Of a stretch of DNA of 64,000 nt, positions 25,020 through 37,352 are shown piece by piece. The stretch is from Epiperipatus broadwayi (lineage: Eukaryota > Animalia > Onychophora). Position 1 is the first letter of the stretch. Every line of letters starts with the position of its first letter. The notes beneath the pieces were generated by a model. It had not been told where the DNA came from and did no database searches. It saw nothing but the letters and a program-made list of their open reading frames with translations. The stretch covers positions 10,850,001 through 10,914,000 of the forward strand of contig JAQFVV010000006.1 in the NCBI GenBank assembly GCA_028023455.1, written 5' to 3'. Both the position numbers and the translations under genes were made by a program.

Positions 25020-25649
25020 CATCTATTTTTTTATTATTAAAAAACTATGAAGATTTAATTGCATTTTTGAGCATAAATTAAAAGACTATCACTTCAAAGC
25101 ACCGTTTGGGCAAATATTTTAAAAAGTATTCACCCTGTGAAAAAATAATATTATTATTGTGCATACATGTAATATAGCTGGAATAATATCGCCGTTATTC
25201 AATAATAACATATTGACTAAATGTTTTAATATTTATTAAAAGTATTTACAATAGCAAAATATATAAATAATATAGTTGTCAGCGGTAGAACTAGTAATTA
25301 AGAAGAAATACTGAAACTTCTTTTGAACCCTAACCTTTCCAGCTTGCAGGGGACTTGTATCATGTACAGGTATGATCATATTAGTAACTAGCAATTTCCT
25401 GCCCGGGTTTAAACATTTTTCACTGCATTCTCCTATATAATGACAATTTGTTACAGTCATCTAGTGTCTGATAGTTGTGTGAAATTCTCTCTCAAATGGA
25501 CCTCAATATATAAAGAGATTCCCATCCTTAGTGGAAACAATTCGATTGGCCTACTTAAGCTATTGGTTACATGTATTTACATTTTATTGTTATTTCATTG
25601 GCCAGCTCTATATTCATTCAATCAGAAATTTGTTAATATTGTAATCTAG

Positions 25650-25910
25650 GTTATTCCATTGTTTGAAGGTAAGCTTCCGGATGAGTTAGAATGTGTTCAT
25701 AATAATTATTTTATTAATCTTTGAAAGCCCTATATTTTAAGCCTTGGGTTTATATGCTAATTATTGCAAATAAAGTTGCAAAAGTTCTTTCAAAGGTTGG
25801 TAAAATAATTATCATGAACTCATCGTAACTCATCCGGAAGTTCACCTTCAAACAATGGAATGGGTTTATATGCTAATTATTGAAAAAAAAATTGTAAAAG
25901 TTCTTTAAAT
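25650..25910. repeat. Inverted plus partial-tandem repeat (family F)
   Basis: ccattgtttgaaggtaagcttccggatgagtta (about 25657) is inverted at about 25827-25858. tgggtttatatgctaattattg..aaaagttcttt is directly repeated at about 25746 and 25861. Confidence 0.6.
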
Positions 25911-26359
25911 TTTTGTCTCATTGTTTATATATCGTTTTTTTTTTTTTTTTTTAAGAATTTGAATAAATCCTGCAAAACACAATAAAATTTCCTGATTTTA
26001 TCACACTCTACTTTAATTAAAAGCAACGTGATTTCAACCAAAGGATATAATAAACTGATTTCTCTGTAGAGATATATTAAAATTTGATGGACTATATCAC
26101 ACATCAGATATAAAATATGCAAGAATAGAGGGATAACCCCTCATAAGTTCCCTTCTATTTGACTATTGTTTCTCTGTATTTTAATACCATGTTCAAGTAG
26201 CATTTTACTGCAGTTATAAAAATATTTGAAATACAAGCACTCTTCACATACCTGGAGCCTAATTGTAAAAATAGGGAACTTTGAACTCAGACTTTCAATC
26301 ATCCTTCAATTATCCACACTATCTCATACCATATGACCACATTCATATAGAAAATATAA

Positions 26360-26418
26360 ATAATCACCAAAATAGGTATTTCATGCTGATACAGCAGTCA
26401 TTAGTTGGTCCAGATTAT
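26360..26418 (-). ncRNA. Family B hammerhead, decayed copy
   Basis: Minus strand reads AUAAUC UGG ACCAA CUAAUGA CUGCUG-uau-CAGCAU GAAA UACCUAU U UUGGU GAUUAU. The G5>A core change probably inactivates it. Confidence 0.6.
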
Positions 26419-26547
26419 TATCTCCCACACATATATATAATCAGTGCTCAGTTTTATATTAAGATAGCAAAGCCTGTCCATTAAAGTATGAGGGTTTGCT
26501 ATCTTAATATAAAAATGAGCACTGATTATATATATGTGTGGGAGATG

Positions 26548-26606
26548 ATAATCTGGGTCAACTGATGAGTGCTGGTTCAGCATGAAATATGTATATTGGT
26601 GATTAT
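26548..26606 (+). ncRNA. Type I hammerhead ribozyme (family B, core intact)
   Basis: AUAAUC-UGG-GUCAA CUGAUGA GUGCUG-guu-CAGCAU GAAA UAUGUAU A UUGGU GAUUAU. Bulged stem I (5+6 bp), 6-bp stem II and near-palindromic stem III AUAUGUAU. Predicted AUA cleavage after 26595. Confidence 0.75.
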
Positions 26607-27339
26607 TTATTTTTTCTACATGTGTGTGGTCATGTGTATCAGTGGTATGAGATACTGTGGATAGTTGAAGGACCCTTGAAAGTCTGAGTTCAAATCCTTA
26701 TATTTATAATTAGGTTCCAGGTATGTGAAGAGTGCCTGTATTTCAAATACTTACACATTAAGCCTGTATGCTGTCCATTCCTCTTCTATCTATTTAAATT
26801 GATAATGTCCTATACATGAGGGATCAGGATGACTTGAGGTCAACATGGACATGGCAATAATATTGGCATCAGCATAGGATTTGAGTTTTCCATCATCAGA
26901 TTTCAATGGTATGGATGGCTGAAGAGTTAGAGATTGGAGTAGATTGAAACCTGTCCATTAAATTATGAGGGTTTGCTATCTCAATATAAAAATGAGCACT
27001 GATTATATATATGTGTGTGTGTGGGAGATGATAATCAGGACCAACTGATGAGTGCAAAAATATATATTATTTATCTTTTCTTCATGTGTGTATCAGTGGG
27101 ATGAGATAGTGTGGATAGTTGAAGGATGCTTGAAAGTCTAAGTTCAAATCCCTATATTTACAATTAGGCTCCAGATATGTGAAGAGTGCCTGTATTTCAA
27201 ATACTTACACATTAAGCCTGATTCTGTCTATACCTCTTCTTGAGGGGTCAGGGTAACTTGAGGTCAATAATATTAATAAATTATGAGGGTTTGCTATCTT
27301 AACTGAGCACTGATTACATACATATGTGTGGGAAAGATG

Positions 27340-27395
27340 ATAATCTGGGCCAACTGATGAGTGCTGGTTCAGCACAAAATATGTATATTGATTAT
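27340..27395 (+). ncRNA. Family B hammerhead, G12>A copy
   Basis: CUGAUGA GUGCUG-guu-CAGCAC AAAA. CACGAAA has become CACAAAA, consistent with CpG decay. Confidence 0.6.
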
Positions 27396-27747
27396 TTATC
27401 GTATGTGGTCATGTATATCAGTGATAGGAGATAGTGTGGATAATTGAAGGATGTTTGAAAGTCTGAGTTCAAATTCTTTATATTTACAGTTTATAAAAAT
27501 GAAATTTTCTATGACATCTATCTATAATCAATAGAAAATTAATAATTTAAACTCTTAAAATCGGTAGGTTTTTTTGAAAAACTTTAATAACTTCATAATT
27601 AACATGTAAGATTGTTCTATTAATGTTTTTTTTAAAAAAGGAAAACGAAAAATATTTAATATATTGTATTTATCTGTTTTCTTAGTTGTAAAACGTTGAT
27701 TTTGCCATGGTGTATTCCATTTTAATAGTTTATCATCATGTGCGATT

Positions 27748-27810
27748 GGGTGCCCTTGGTAGTGATTCCGACTTGGGATGAGAGGTCCCAGAATCGTTTC
27801 TAGCCTCCAA
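27748..27810 (+). mobile_element. Degenerate tRNA-Pro-like repeat
   Basis: TTGGTAGTGATTCCGACTTGGGATGAGAGGTCCCAG resembles tRNA-Pro(UGG) and shares TCCGACTTGGGAT with 7399-7470. Confidence 0.35.
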
Positions 27811-28204
27811 CTTTTTATGAACCCCTGAGCAAGCAAGCCATATTCATTTTTTTTTAATTTATCATTTTCAATGAAAACGATCAGAATTTGTAGATTAATA
27901 AAATAATTATATACATGAAATTAATTCATTGACTTAAAAATGCATTTTCAAACTTCTCCAAAGATTTTTGCATAAAATATAGGTGCTTTTACCACACTGA
28001 GCAAAAATGATTCAAATCCACTGAACCAATCGTCATTTGTAGAAATAACTATGGAACAACTTTTCAAATTTTTATCAATCAAGTATATAAATCATCAAGA
28101 ACTGTACTATACAAATTCAAACTTTATGAAAATAATCCATTTTTCAATTTATGTATATAAAAAAATGTGTGCATACTTTGTTTTTGTTTTTTAAAAAATT
28201 AATT

Positions 28205-28445
28205 TAAGATTTGAACACAGCTTCTTAAGCTTCCTTCAGCTACTCATTTTATCTTATATAATTAATACACATGCCTACACACATGTGTGGACATGATGAT
28301 CTAGATCAACTGATGAGTGCTGTTTCAGCACAAAATATGTTTGTTGACGATCATCTTATTCACTTGTGTATGGTCATATGTATTGATTATATAAAATGGG
28401 GTAAATAGCTGAAGGAAGCTTAAAAGTTTGTGTTCAAATCTTTGA
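28205..28445. mobile_element. Family B diverged foldback with one hammerhead (28295-28355, + strand)
   Basis: gatttgaacacagc..gcttccttcagcta (28208-28243) is inverted at 28407-28441. GAUGAUC-UAGA-UCAA CUGAUGA GUGCUG-uuu-CAGCAC AAAA..UUGA-C-GAUCAUC. Confidence 0.7.
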
Positions 28446-28618
28446 TTACATCTTAAAGTTCAGTATTTACAATCTACTAGTATTGATTAATTAAAAATAT
28501 TTAATAAATATATCAGAACAAAAAAGGGCCAAGAAAAAAACAATAGGTAATAAATATATAGATGCTTTCATTTTAGAAAAATATTAAGCTTTATCTAACT
28601 GATTTCTGATCCAAAATT

Positions 28619-28730
28619 GTCAAGCATTGTTAGCCGAGAGGTCAGCGCAGCCGCCTTGCAAGCAAGCAGTTGGTTGCAAAAGGTTGTTGCGGGTTCGCCT
28701 CCTGGCCGATGCTATGACATATGAAAGACA
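28619..28730 (+). mobile_element. tRNA-Gly-derived SINE (long subtype)
   Basis: GTCAAGCATTGTTAGCCGAGAGG...GGTTCGCCTCCTGGCCGATGCTATGAC followed by an A-rich tail. Confidence 0.8.
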
Positions 28731-29499
28731 AAACAAAAGAAAAAAATGGGTGCATGCATGTAAGAATGTTTATAAAGAAAGGTTTTAGGAAACTTTTTAG
28801 TTAAAAAAAATTGTTTCTCAAAATATTCTTAAATTCTTTAGAACAAGTTAAAATGTGAAAGTTAAGAATTTATGAATTTTATTTGTTAAAACTCTAGTAT
28901 GTTCCAAGTTTACATCATTGTATAATGAATTTTTATTTTCCTTGACTTTACTAGAGAATAATATTTGATGTGATAAAACTTTTATGTTCAGTGTCCACAT
29001 TTTTAAGTCAAAAGTGCTTGCTTTTGGAGAGATTACCTCTTTGATATGTTATCATATTTATTACATTCTGCTGAGACATTTCATGCATCAAGCATATATG
29101 TGTGTGTATGTGTGCGTGGGCATGAAGATATCCCAGTGCATATCACCGACTAAAAATTCAAATACAAAATGGTCAAACCACCCTCCCAAACATTGGTTTT
29201 TTTTTCAACAACGCCCTCTGTGAATAAATATAAAGTAAGAATTTCAAATAGTATGACTCAAAACAATCATGTTGCTATCAAGATAGGTGATGGCATTTAT
29301 ATTGGGATCCCCATGTTGATGCAGATTCTAATTTACTATAAGAGAAAACTGGCAGATGCTAATTTCCAACCTGAGCAAGAGTTAAGTCATTAGCTAGCAA
29401 GATGATTCACAGCATTCTTGAGGCTGATGTTTGTTCTAAAATATCCTCAATGCCTCACAGAACTCACTCAGGTATCCATGGTATCCCTATTTTCATATT

Positions 29500-31300
29500 C
29501 AAGCACCTTGAAGCATTTACAATATCTATAATACTCTATATGATGAATTTCCTAGCTTCTGACCTACAATTGATTGATGGGCTTTATCCGTTTGCCATGG
29601 TCACATTTCTCCAAAAGGGGTGATCCCTTCCCCTCTTGAGAATCTGCAGCCCATATCCAGGACATGACTGATAATTAAGATCATTGAATCCACAATCAAG
29701 GATTAACTCCAGGATCAGATTCTGTCAGAAATAGTAAGCTTCCAGTTTGCCAAAAAAATATCCTCTACATCAGAGGCCATTAGCCTCTTTCAAATTAATT
29801 TTAGAATATACAAGGGGGCATAAGAGTTCTAAGCCCATTGTTGTGCAGCTGGACATTGTCAGGGCATTTGACTTTTTCAGAATTCCCCGCCTTATTCAGC
29901 TGCTTGGTAATCTGGATATTTCCCTCTGGGATAATCAATATCATATCTAATCTTTTGATTAAAAGGCAAATTTCAATATCAATGAATGGTAAATAATCTG
30001 AATCACTCAACTCTAGTAAATCTATCTCTTAGGGCTCCCCTCTGAGTGCCCTATTATTTATTTTGTAGGTGAACACCTTCCTAAAATTTATTGAACAGAA
30101 TGTTTCTGGATGTGTTCATTCCCAGTATCAAAAAGTACATTAATCACATTGCATACATTGTTGATGTAATCATGTTCTTACCATACCGTAAGTACATCCC
30201 TGGGCTCATAAAACTAATGATACAATTCCAAGTGAATCAGGACTAGGTTTCAACTTAACAAAATTGGTGGCATGGTGGCTGTCTTCGGGAAACAACATCC
30301 CCCCCCCTTTTCAGCTAAACCACAAATTCCTCAGCTTTTTGTTTAAACTCTCCCTGCTCACAATGAGGAGAGAGGTCAACAATTCTATAATAGCTGCTAA
30401 TAAGATTATTGCTTCATTGAAGGTTTATACCTCCTTATATGCCAAGATGGCCTTCCTAAACATGTTGTTTTCCCCAGGATTATCTACTTTATGTCATTTT
30501 TTGAAATTTACGGGAACATTTGTGGCATAAATTCCATTTATTCTTGGCTCCTGTGGAAGGGAGGACTGTAGCCATTAGCCTCAGGATGATGCAAAGATCT
30601 CCCAAATTGAAGGCCTAGGACTATATTCTCTTCAGGTCTCTTGGCTCCAGCATCTTTTTTCCAGACTTAATAATCTTATCATTAAAAACTTTTATCCAAT
30701 AGATGTGCATTTCACAGACAGTCCATCTCCTAGTATAAAGTGTTGGCTCTCTTATTATCTGAAATCACAAAAAATTAATTTAATCCTGGTCAAGCTAAAT
30801 CTGCAAAAATTTGATACTGGGAGGCATATAACCTCATTTATAAAACAATTGTGTCTATCAGTTCATCACTCAACCATTCTTTAATTTCTTAAAAAAATTA
30901 AATGGTGGTACCTGGAGCCAAAGTATTTCCATTTTTCGATAAAAATCAATTTTAATGTGCATCCTACAGGTAGCTTTTTGACCAAAAATAGAGGATATGT
31001 ATCTATTGATGACAAATGTACTTTATGTAGAAGTGAGGAAGAGACTATTGAACACATTTTTGACAGACGTGTTAAATTGGTATCCTGTAGAACCTTAATT
31101 TTTTCAATCTATAAAAAGAAAAGCACATTGATGTTGACATTGATTCAAAGCATCAAATCAGGCAATTTTGCGGAAATAAGGAGTGTTACATTCTTATTAT
31201 TTAGTGTTTGGGTGACATGATGTACAATCCTATTTGATTCTAGTTACATGAATCACCTAATAATATTAATCAAAAAATCAAGATTCAATTAAAGAAAAAG
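29500..31300 (+). mobile_element. L1/Tx1-like LINE remnant (RT and C-terminal CCHC zinc knuckle)
   Basis: LDIVRAFD (RT motif A), GSPLSALLFIL near 30035 (motif B), and KCTLCRSEEETIEHIF in ORF 30957..31220. Many stops and frameshifts. Confidence 0.7.
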
Positions 31301-31329
31301 ATAATTGTGTAGCTTCTCAAATAATGTTC

Positions 31330-31431
31330 AGGAATATGTGGGAATTGATAGACATTGAAAGGACCAAAATAAGTTAAGTTAGGAACGTGTGGGAATTGAT
31401 AGACATTGAAAGGACCAGAATAAGTTAACTT
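31330..31431. repeat. 51-bp tandem duplication
   Basis: aggaa..tgtgggaattgatagacattgaaaggacca.aataagttaa.tt occurs twice. Confidence 0.9.
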
Positions 31432-31746
31432 AAAAACATTTTTTCCTGATGTGGAAGCATTCCTATATTGATACTATCAAAGCAGTGTTTTTGTATTGTT
31501 GATCCAGGGCTGAATTTTCCCAACAGCAATTCATATTTAATTTGACCTATTACCATATATATCCTGATCTTTTTGAACCATTAACACAGTGTTCTTGCTC
31601 ACAGATAGGTTACTTGTATTTCATATCTTTGAATAATAAAAATTTTCTTAAAAAAAAAAAGAATTTCAAAGATAATGCTTTCACTGAGAAAATAGAGCAA
31701 AGGCTAAAATACATTGGAAAGTTATAACCATGTATACAGTCATCAT

Positions 31747-34700
31747 AGCTACAGAAAGGAGTTTGCTATTAACTGGAAGAAGATTCTTTGATTCCTCTTG
31801 GAAGCCTTAAAGCAACCAAGCAGGGCAAATTCCTAATGTCCATTCCATACATTCTTGTCATTGCAGCTGTTATTACTATGTGATTATTCATATTGTATAT
31901 ACACATGGATGGACTGCTCACCAACATGCATTAGCCAGCATAGTGAGTTTATTGACTTTTTGCTTGATACCATGGTCTTTTTTCTCAGTTGCCCGATAAG
32001 GCAGAATAAATGTATATGTAAATGATAAATATTTTTCCAATAGATATATACAATCATGACAGATGAAAAAATAAACCATGGCCCTTATTCCCAGGAGGCT
32101 GTAAAGTCATCAACCAAGACAGTGGTTGGTGGCCAAAGATGGAGGGTGCTAAGACCCAGACTGCCATGTGGTGATTTTTTTAGGTACTTACAACTGCAGA
32201 TCACTTTCAAGTGAAAGGATATTGCAAGATTTAAAAGAACTGTCTTATATTAAATGAGACATTATAGGACTTTGTGAACTTAGAAGAAAAGGGAAGAGAT
32301 AATTGATTTAAAACGTGGACATGTACTCTATTACATAGGCACAAATATTGGAAGTACAAGTGGAATAAGATTCCTTATAAATAAAAGTGGAAGAACAACA
32401 TTGTGGAGATTGATGGTATATCGGATAGAGTGGCAAGATTAGTTATACAAATTAATAGCAGATACCAAATGCAGATAATTCAGGTTTATGCCCCAACAAA
32501 TTCTCATAATAATGAAGTAGTAGAAGATTTTTATATGGATATACAAAAGGCTTTTGATCAGAGTAAACAACATTTTAAAATTGTTATGGGAGACTTTAAT
32601 GCTAGAATTGGTAAACAAATAAAGATAAAAGTGCTGTAGGTAATTTTGGTTATGATAATAGAAATGAGAGAGGACATAGACTTGTGGAGTTTGCAGAAAA
32701 AGAAAACTTTATATTATGGGGTTTTTTTTTTTAAAAAATGTTAAAAGAAAATGGACACGGAAGCATCCAAATAAAAGTACAGCCGAATTGAATTATATTT
32801 TGACTAACAGAACATATATATTTCAAGATTGTAATGTTCTTAATAATTTTAGTGATCATCGATTACTAAGATGTAAGATACATATTAATGCAAAACTAAA
32901 GAGACAAAAATTATTAAGAAAAACAATATTTACAGTTGATATTCCTAATCTTCAGAAACATTCAAATGAATTTAAGTTAGAACTTATAAATCGGTTTCAA
33001 GTATTAGTAGATTTTGAACATGATTCAGATTTGAATGAAATTAAATATGAAAATAACTGACACACTTTTAAAAACTGCAACAAAGATAGCTAGTAGAAAA
33101 AAGCAGCAATTGACCAATAAAATTTCTACTGAGACTAGAGAATTTATGAAGAAAAAAAAAGAATATGAAAATGTACAAAAGTGATGCATTAAAAAGATTG
33201 AATATTTCGAATTTTGTAAAATGATGCAAAAAAAGAGTTGATAATGATATAAGAGTATACTTGTGAACTAGCTAGGAAAGCTGTAGAAGAGAATAAAAGT
33301 CTCAAGAGAATAAACCAACATTTCAATATTGGTAGGAAACTTATATCTGCAATAAGAAAAAAAGATGAAAGTATTATTAAAAGAAAGATGACATCATGAA
33401 ATGGATAGAAGGGTTCTATCAAGAATTATGTAGTAATAAAGAACAAGAACCTCCTACAACTATTATATTTACCAAATTGCCCAGAATTTTAAATGAAGAA
33501 GTGAGACTTGCAATTACGTTCATGAAAAAGAGAAAAGCTCCAAGTAATGATGGAATTATAATCGATATATTAAAAGAAGCAGGTGAAGAAACAGAAAAAA
33601 TATTAGCAAAGTTATATACCAAATGTCTAAATGATAAAGATGTGCCAATGATTGGAAGAATGCAGTATTAATATTAATATTTTTAAAAGGTGATAAAGAG
33701 GATATTAGAAATTACAGACCTATCAGTCTTTTATCAGTTTTATATAAAAATTTTACTGAGATAATTACAACTTGTCTATAGAGAAATTTGGATTTCCACC
33801 AACCAAGAGAACAAGCTGGATTTAAAAGTGGTTTTAGTACAATAGATCATATCCAAGAATTGAGAGAGTTATAAAAAGGACCAATGAATACAAGTTGCCA
33901 TTATGCTTTGGATTTGTAGATTATGAAAAAGCATTTGATTCTATAAGCATTTCTTCAGTGATTAAAGCATTGGATCATCAAAGTATAGATCCCGGGTATT
34001 GTCATATTCTGAAGAATATTCATAAAAATGCAAGAGCAATAATTAGACTACATAATGATATTAGGAAGGTTAACATTGAGAAAGATGTAAGACAAAGTGA
34101 TTCCATATCTCCAAAACTTTTAACAATGGTGCTGCAAGAAGTATTTTGTGGGTTAAAATGGGAAGATAAAAGAGTAAATGTAAATGAAGATTATTTAAGT
34201 CATTTTGATTTTTCAGATGATGTAGTTGTTTTTGCAAATACTGCTCCAGAGCTTCGGAAAATGTTGCAGAAATTATCAGATGAAAATAAGAAAGTAGGAC
34301 TAAAGGTAAATGTTAAAAAGACTGACGTAATGTTCAATGGATTTTCTCAAAAGATAAAAGTAAAGTTTGATTATGATGCGTTAGAAAAAGTTAACTGTTA
34401 CAAATATCTCGGTCAGATTATTACTACAGATAGAAACATAATGAATGAAATTAATCATAGAATTAAACTTAATGGGAGTGCTTTTGGTAGAAATAATTTA
34501 ATATTACAAGAAATATGGGGATGTGTTTGAAAAGGAAGTTTTTTAATAAATATGTTTTACCAGTTCTTACTTATTGAGCTGAGGAACATTTAATAGAAGA
34601 GCTATACAGAGACTTCAAATCATTCAAAGAACTATAAAAAATGCATGTTAAGAGTAACAAGAAGAGATTGATAATGCAATACAAGAGAACAAATAAGTGT

Positions 34701-34986
34701 TACTGACATTGTTGAAAGAATTAACAGACTGAAGTGGAGATGGGCTGAACATATTGCTAGAAGAGAAGATAATAGATGGACAATTGAAATCTTAAACTGG
34801 ATTACAAAGAGATTGTAAAAGACCCAGAAAAAGATCAGATTGTAAAAGACCCAGAAAAAGTGACATATGAGATGAATGGATGAAAATAAGAAAGTGAATA
34901 GAGGTGCTGTGGAGAAGAGTGAAGATGGATTGAACTTGGAGAAATCTTCATCCTGCAGTGGATTGATAATGGTTGTTGATGATGAT
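31747..34986 (+). mobile_element. Near full-length RTE LINE (5' UTR, APE endonuclease, RT, (GAT)n tail), inactivated
   Basis: ORFs 32403..32639 (IIQVYAPT, VMGDFNARIG), 32716..33060 (SDHR), 33396..33671 and 33895..34530 (FVDYEKAFDSI, FSDD). The 5' end matches 63200-63446. Confidence 0.95.
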
Positions 34987-35885
34987 ATAAATATAATAAA
35001 AAACTCTGGAATAAATTTTACAATAAAATACCAATAGATAAAATAAATAAATTGCTATAGACAGCTTAGGAATGAAAGGCTATTTTCCATAAGCTGGTTA
35101 TAGTTATTATGTAAATATTTTATCTATTATTATTTTGAATATTGTAAAGTTTTTTTGCTTATATATATTCTAATACCAACTAGGAGTAAACATTAATGTG
35201 TTTCTTTAAATCTATTTGTAAATTAAATTGTGCAATATATATTAGATAAATAATAAATGATGATGTACATTTGTGAGATGGTGCACACACGAAGACATTG
35301 GTTAGGCAGAAGTACATATTAAGGAATAATGTGAGTTGTTGTTTTGTTTTGTTTTTAATCGATATCTTAATTCATTTGTTTGAATTGTAATGAGATAATT
35401 TTCAAATATTATATATATGTCTTAAAATATATATATATATATGTCTTAAAGATAAATATATTTACGAAAAACAGTTACAAATATCTTTACTTGCAAAAAA
35501 GATTTCAAATCTCTAATAACGTCCACATTTTTGTTATATTAAGGCCAATAAAGATCTGATAATAGATTAACCTTATTATAGTAGGATGGGTGGTATCTTA
35601 ATAACATATATTCAACTTGTTTATTATGTAAATAGGTTTGTGTTAATCACATTAAATATTTGATTAGCAGGAAAATTATATACATGCTCATTAAAATAAC
35701 TAGTATGTTTTACGATGTTTGTTATTAAAATAAAATAAATACAGGATCTCCAAAAATTATTACTAATTTGATATGTTTACTGATAACAATGTATTCCTAT
35801 GATATCAAATTATACAGTTAAGATAAACTTTAATATAATTATTTTTACGTAACGTTATCCAAGGACAAGTTTTGTTTTTCTTAAG

Positions 35886-37352
35886 ATGGAATATCTTTTT
35901 ATAATCGCCTTAATTTCAATACTTTTTATTTTATTGACATGGACATTAATTGAAAATTTGACAAGATCAGTATCCGGTCCATTTGGATGGCCTATTGTAG
36001 GCAGTTTCTTTACGTTGTGTAAGATTAATTCGCCCGCTTTACTTATGGACATGGCTAAAAAATATGGAAATATATTTTCATTAAAAGTAGGTAGTAATAA
36101 TATGATTGTGCTTGTTGGTTATAATGCAATTAAAGAAATTTTATTGGATAATGCTAAGGAATCGGGTGGCCGACCTAAACTGGAAACATATGTAATGATG
36201 GGTTCACGAGGCATAGCATTTGGAGATCCAAATGAATATTGGAAAGTAGCCAAAAGAGAAATGTTGAAAAATATAATTAAATTTTGTAATACAAAAAACG
36301 AACATTTTTTGGAATGTTTAAAACTTTCGAGTGACAACTTAATTATGACTTTTCATAGTTTTAAAGAAGAAGCTTGTGACCCAATAGAATCTCTCACCCT
36401 GGCTGTCACTCATTTAGTTATGCGCTTAACTTTTAAGGATTGCACGGACAGCAATATTAAAAATATGGCGAATCTTATTAATGTTAAAAGTCTGTCGTTA
36501 GGAACAAAACCTTTCCATTTTCTAAACCACTTTCCGTATTTAAAACTTCTATCGGGATTTTCCAAAGAAATAAAACAGCTTAAAGACTATACGAATGCGA
36601 TTATAGGCCTTGCTGAGAAGTTTGTAAATAAACGCAAAGAGATATTCGATGCCAATAACATTCAGGATATTGTCGACTCATTTTTAGTTCTTCTGGAAGA
36701 TAGCAAACTAAATTTTAATAATGAACAAATTATCGGACTAATAGCTGAATTTATAATGGTGTCTTTCGATTCCACAATCATAACGTTAAATTGGATTGCA
36801 CTGTTAATGGCGGCTTATCCTGAAATTCAGACCAAAGTGCAAGAAGAAATAGATACAGTTATTGGAACCAATCGACGGCCTGCTATCGAAGACAGGCAAA
36901 AATTGCCTTATAGTGAGGCCGCGCTTTTGGAATGCCAGCGCCACGCTGCGATTGTATTTACACTTTATCACAAAACTGGTAAAGACATAAACATCCGTGG
37001 TTTGAAAATTAAAAAAAATACAATTATTCTGCCTCATTTCCAGTCAGCGCTTCACGACGAGGATGCCTGGACAAACAGTAAAAGCTTTGACCCTACTCGC
37101 TTTCTTAATGCTAATAACGAAGTAGATCCTGCCGCCAGTAGCAGACTGATACAATACGGAACGGGACTGAGGCGCTGCACGGGAGAAATGTTTTCTCGTT
37201 GGACAATGTTTCATTACTTTGTAAATTTACTGCAGAGCTTCAGAATTGAACCCGTTCCCGGCTTCGATCCCCATACTCATCTTACTCAGTACGACGACGG
37301 TTTATTTCTGCATTTAGATCCTTATAAAGTAAAAATGAAACCAAGAAATTAA
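35886..37352 (+). CDS. Cytochrome P450, microsomal, clan 2 (CYP1/CYP17-like), intronless CDS, 488 aa; paralog of 10299-11765
   Basis: Same length and collinear with the first P450. I-helix AEFIMVSFDSTIITL, ECQR, PTRF, heme motif YGTGLRRCTG. Confidence 0.95.
   Translation: MEYLFIIALISILFILLTWTLIENLTRSVSGPFGWPIVGSFFTLCKINSPALLMDMAKKYGNIFSLKVGSNNMIVLVGYNAIKEILLDNAKESGGRPKLETYVMMGSRGIAFGDPNEYWKVAKREMLKNIIKFCNTKNEHFLECLKLSSDNLIMTFHSFKEEACDPIESLTLAVTHLVMRLTFKDCTDSNIKNMANLINVKSLSLGTKPFHFLNHFPYLKLLSGFSKEIKQLKDYTNAIIGLAEKFVNKRKEIFDANNIQDIVDSFLVLLEDSKLNFNNEQIIGLIAEFIMVSFDSTIITLNWIALLMAAYPEIQTKVQEEIDTVIGTNRRPAIEDRQKLPYSEAALLECQRHAAIVFTLYHKTGKDINIRGLKIKKNTIILPHFQSALHDEDAWTNSKSFDPTRFLNANNEVDPAASSRLIQYGTGLRRCTGEMFSRWTMFHYFVNLLQSFRIEPVPGFDPHTHLTQYDDGLFLHLDPYKVKMKPRN

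Larger units (their letters stand above)
26222..27490. mobile_element. Family B array: one inverted arm plus three tandem hammerhead-containing units
   Basis: Minus arm at about 26222-26475, then plus units starting at about 26473, 26950 and 27277. CTGATGA cores at 26562, 27045 and 27354 (spacings 483 and 309 nt). Confidence 0.85.

Noticed and set aside
35855-37037. Minus-strand ORFs overlapping the second P450 (35855..36052, 36119..36337, 36804..37037)
   Set aside because: Short antisense shadows with no recognisable motifs.
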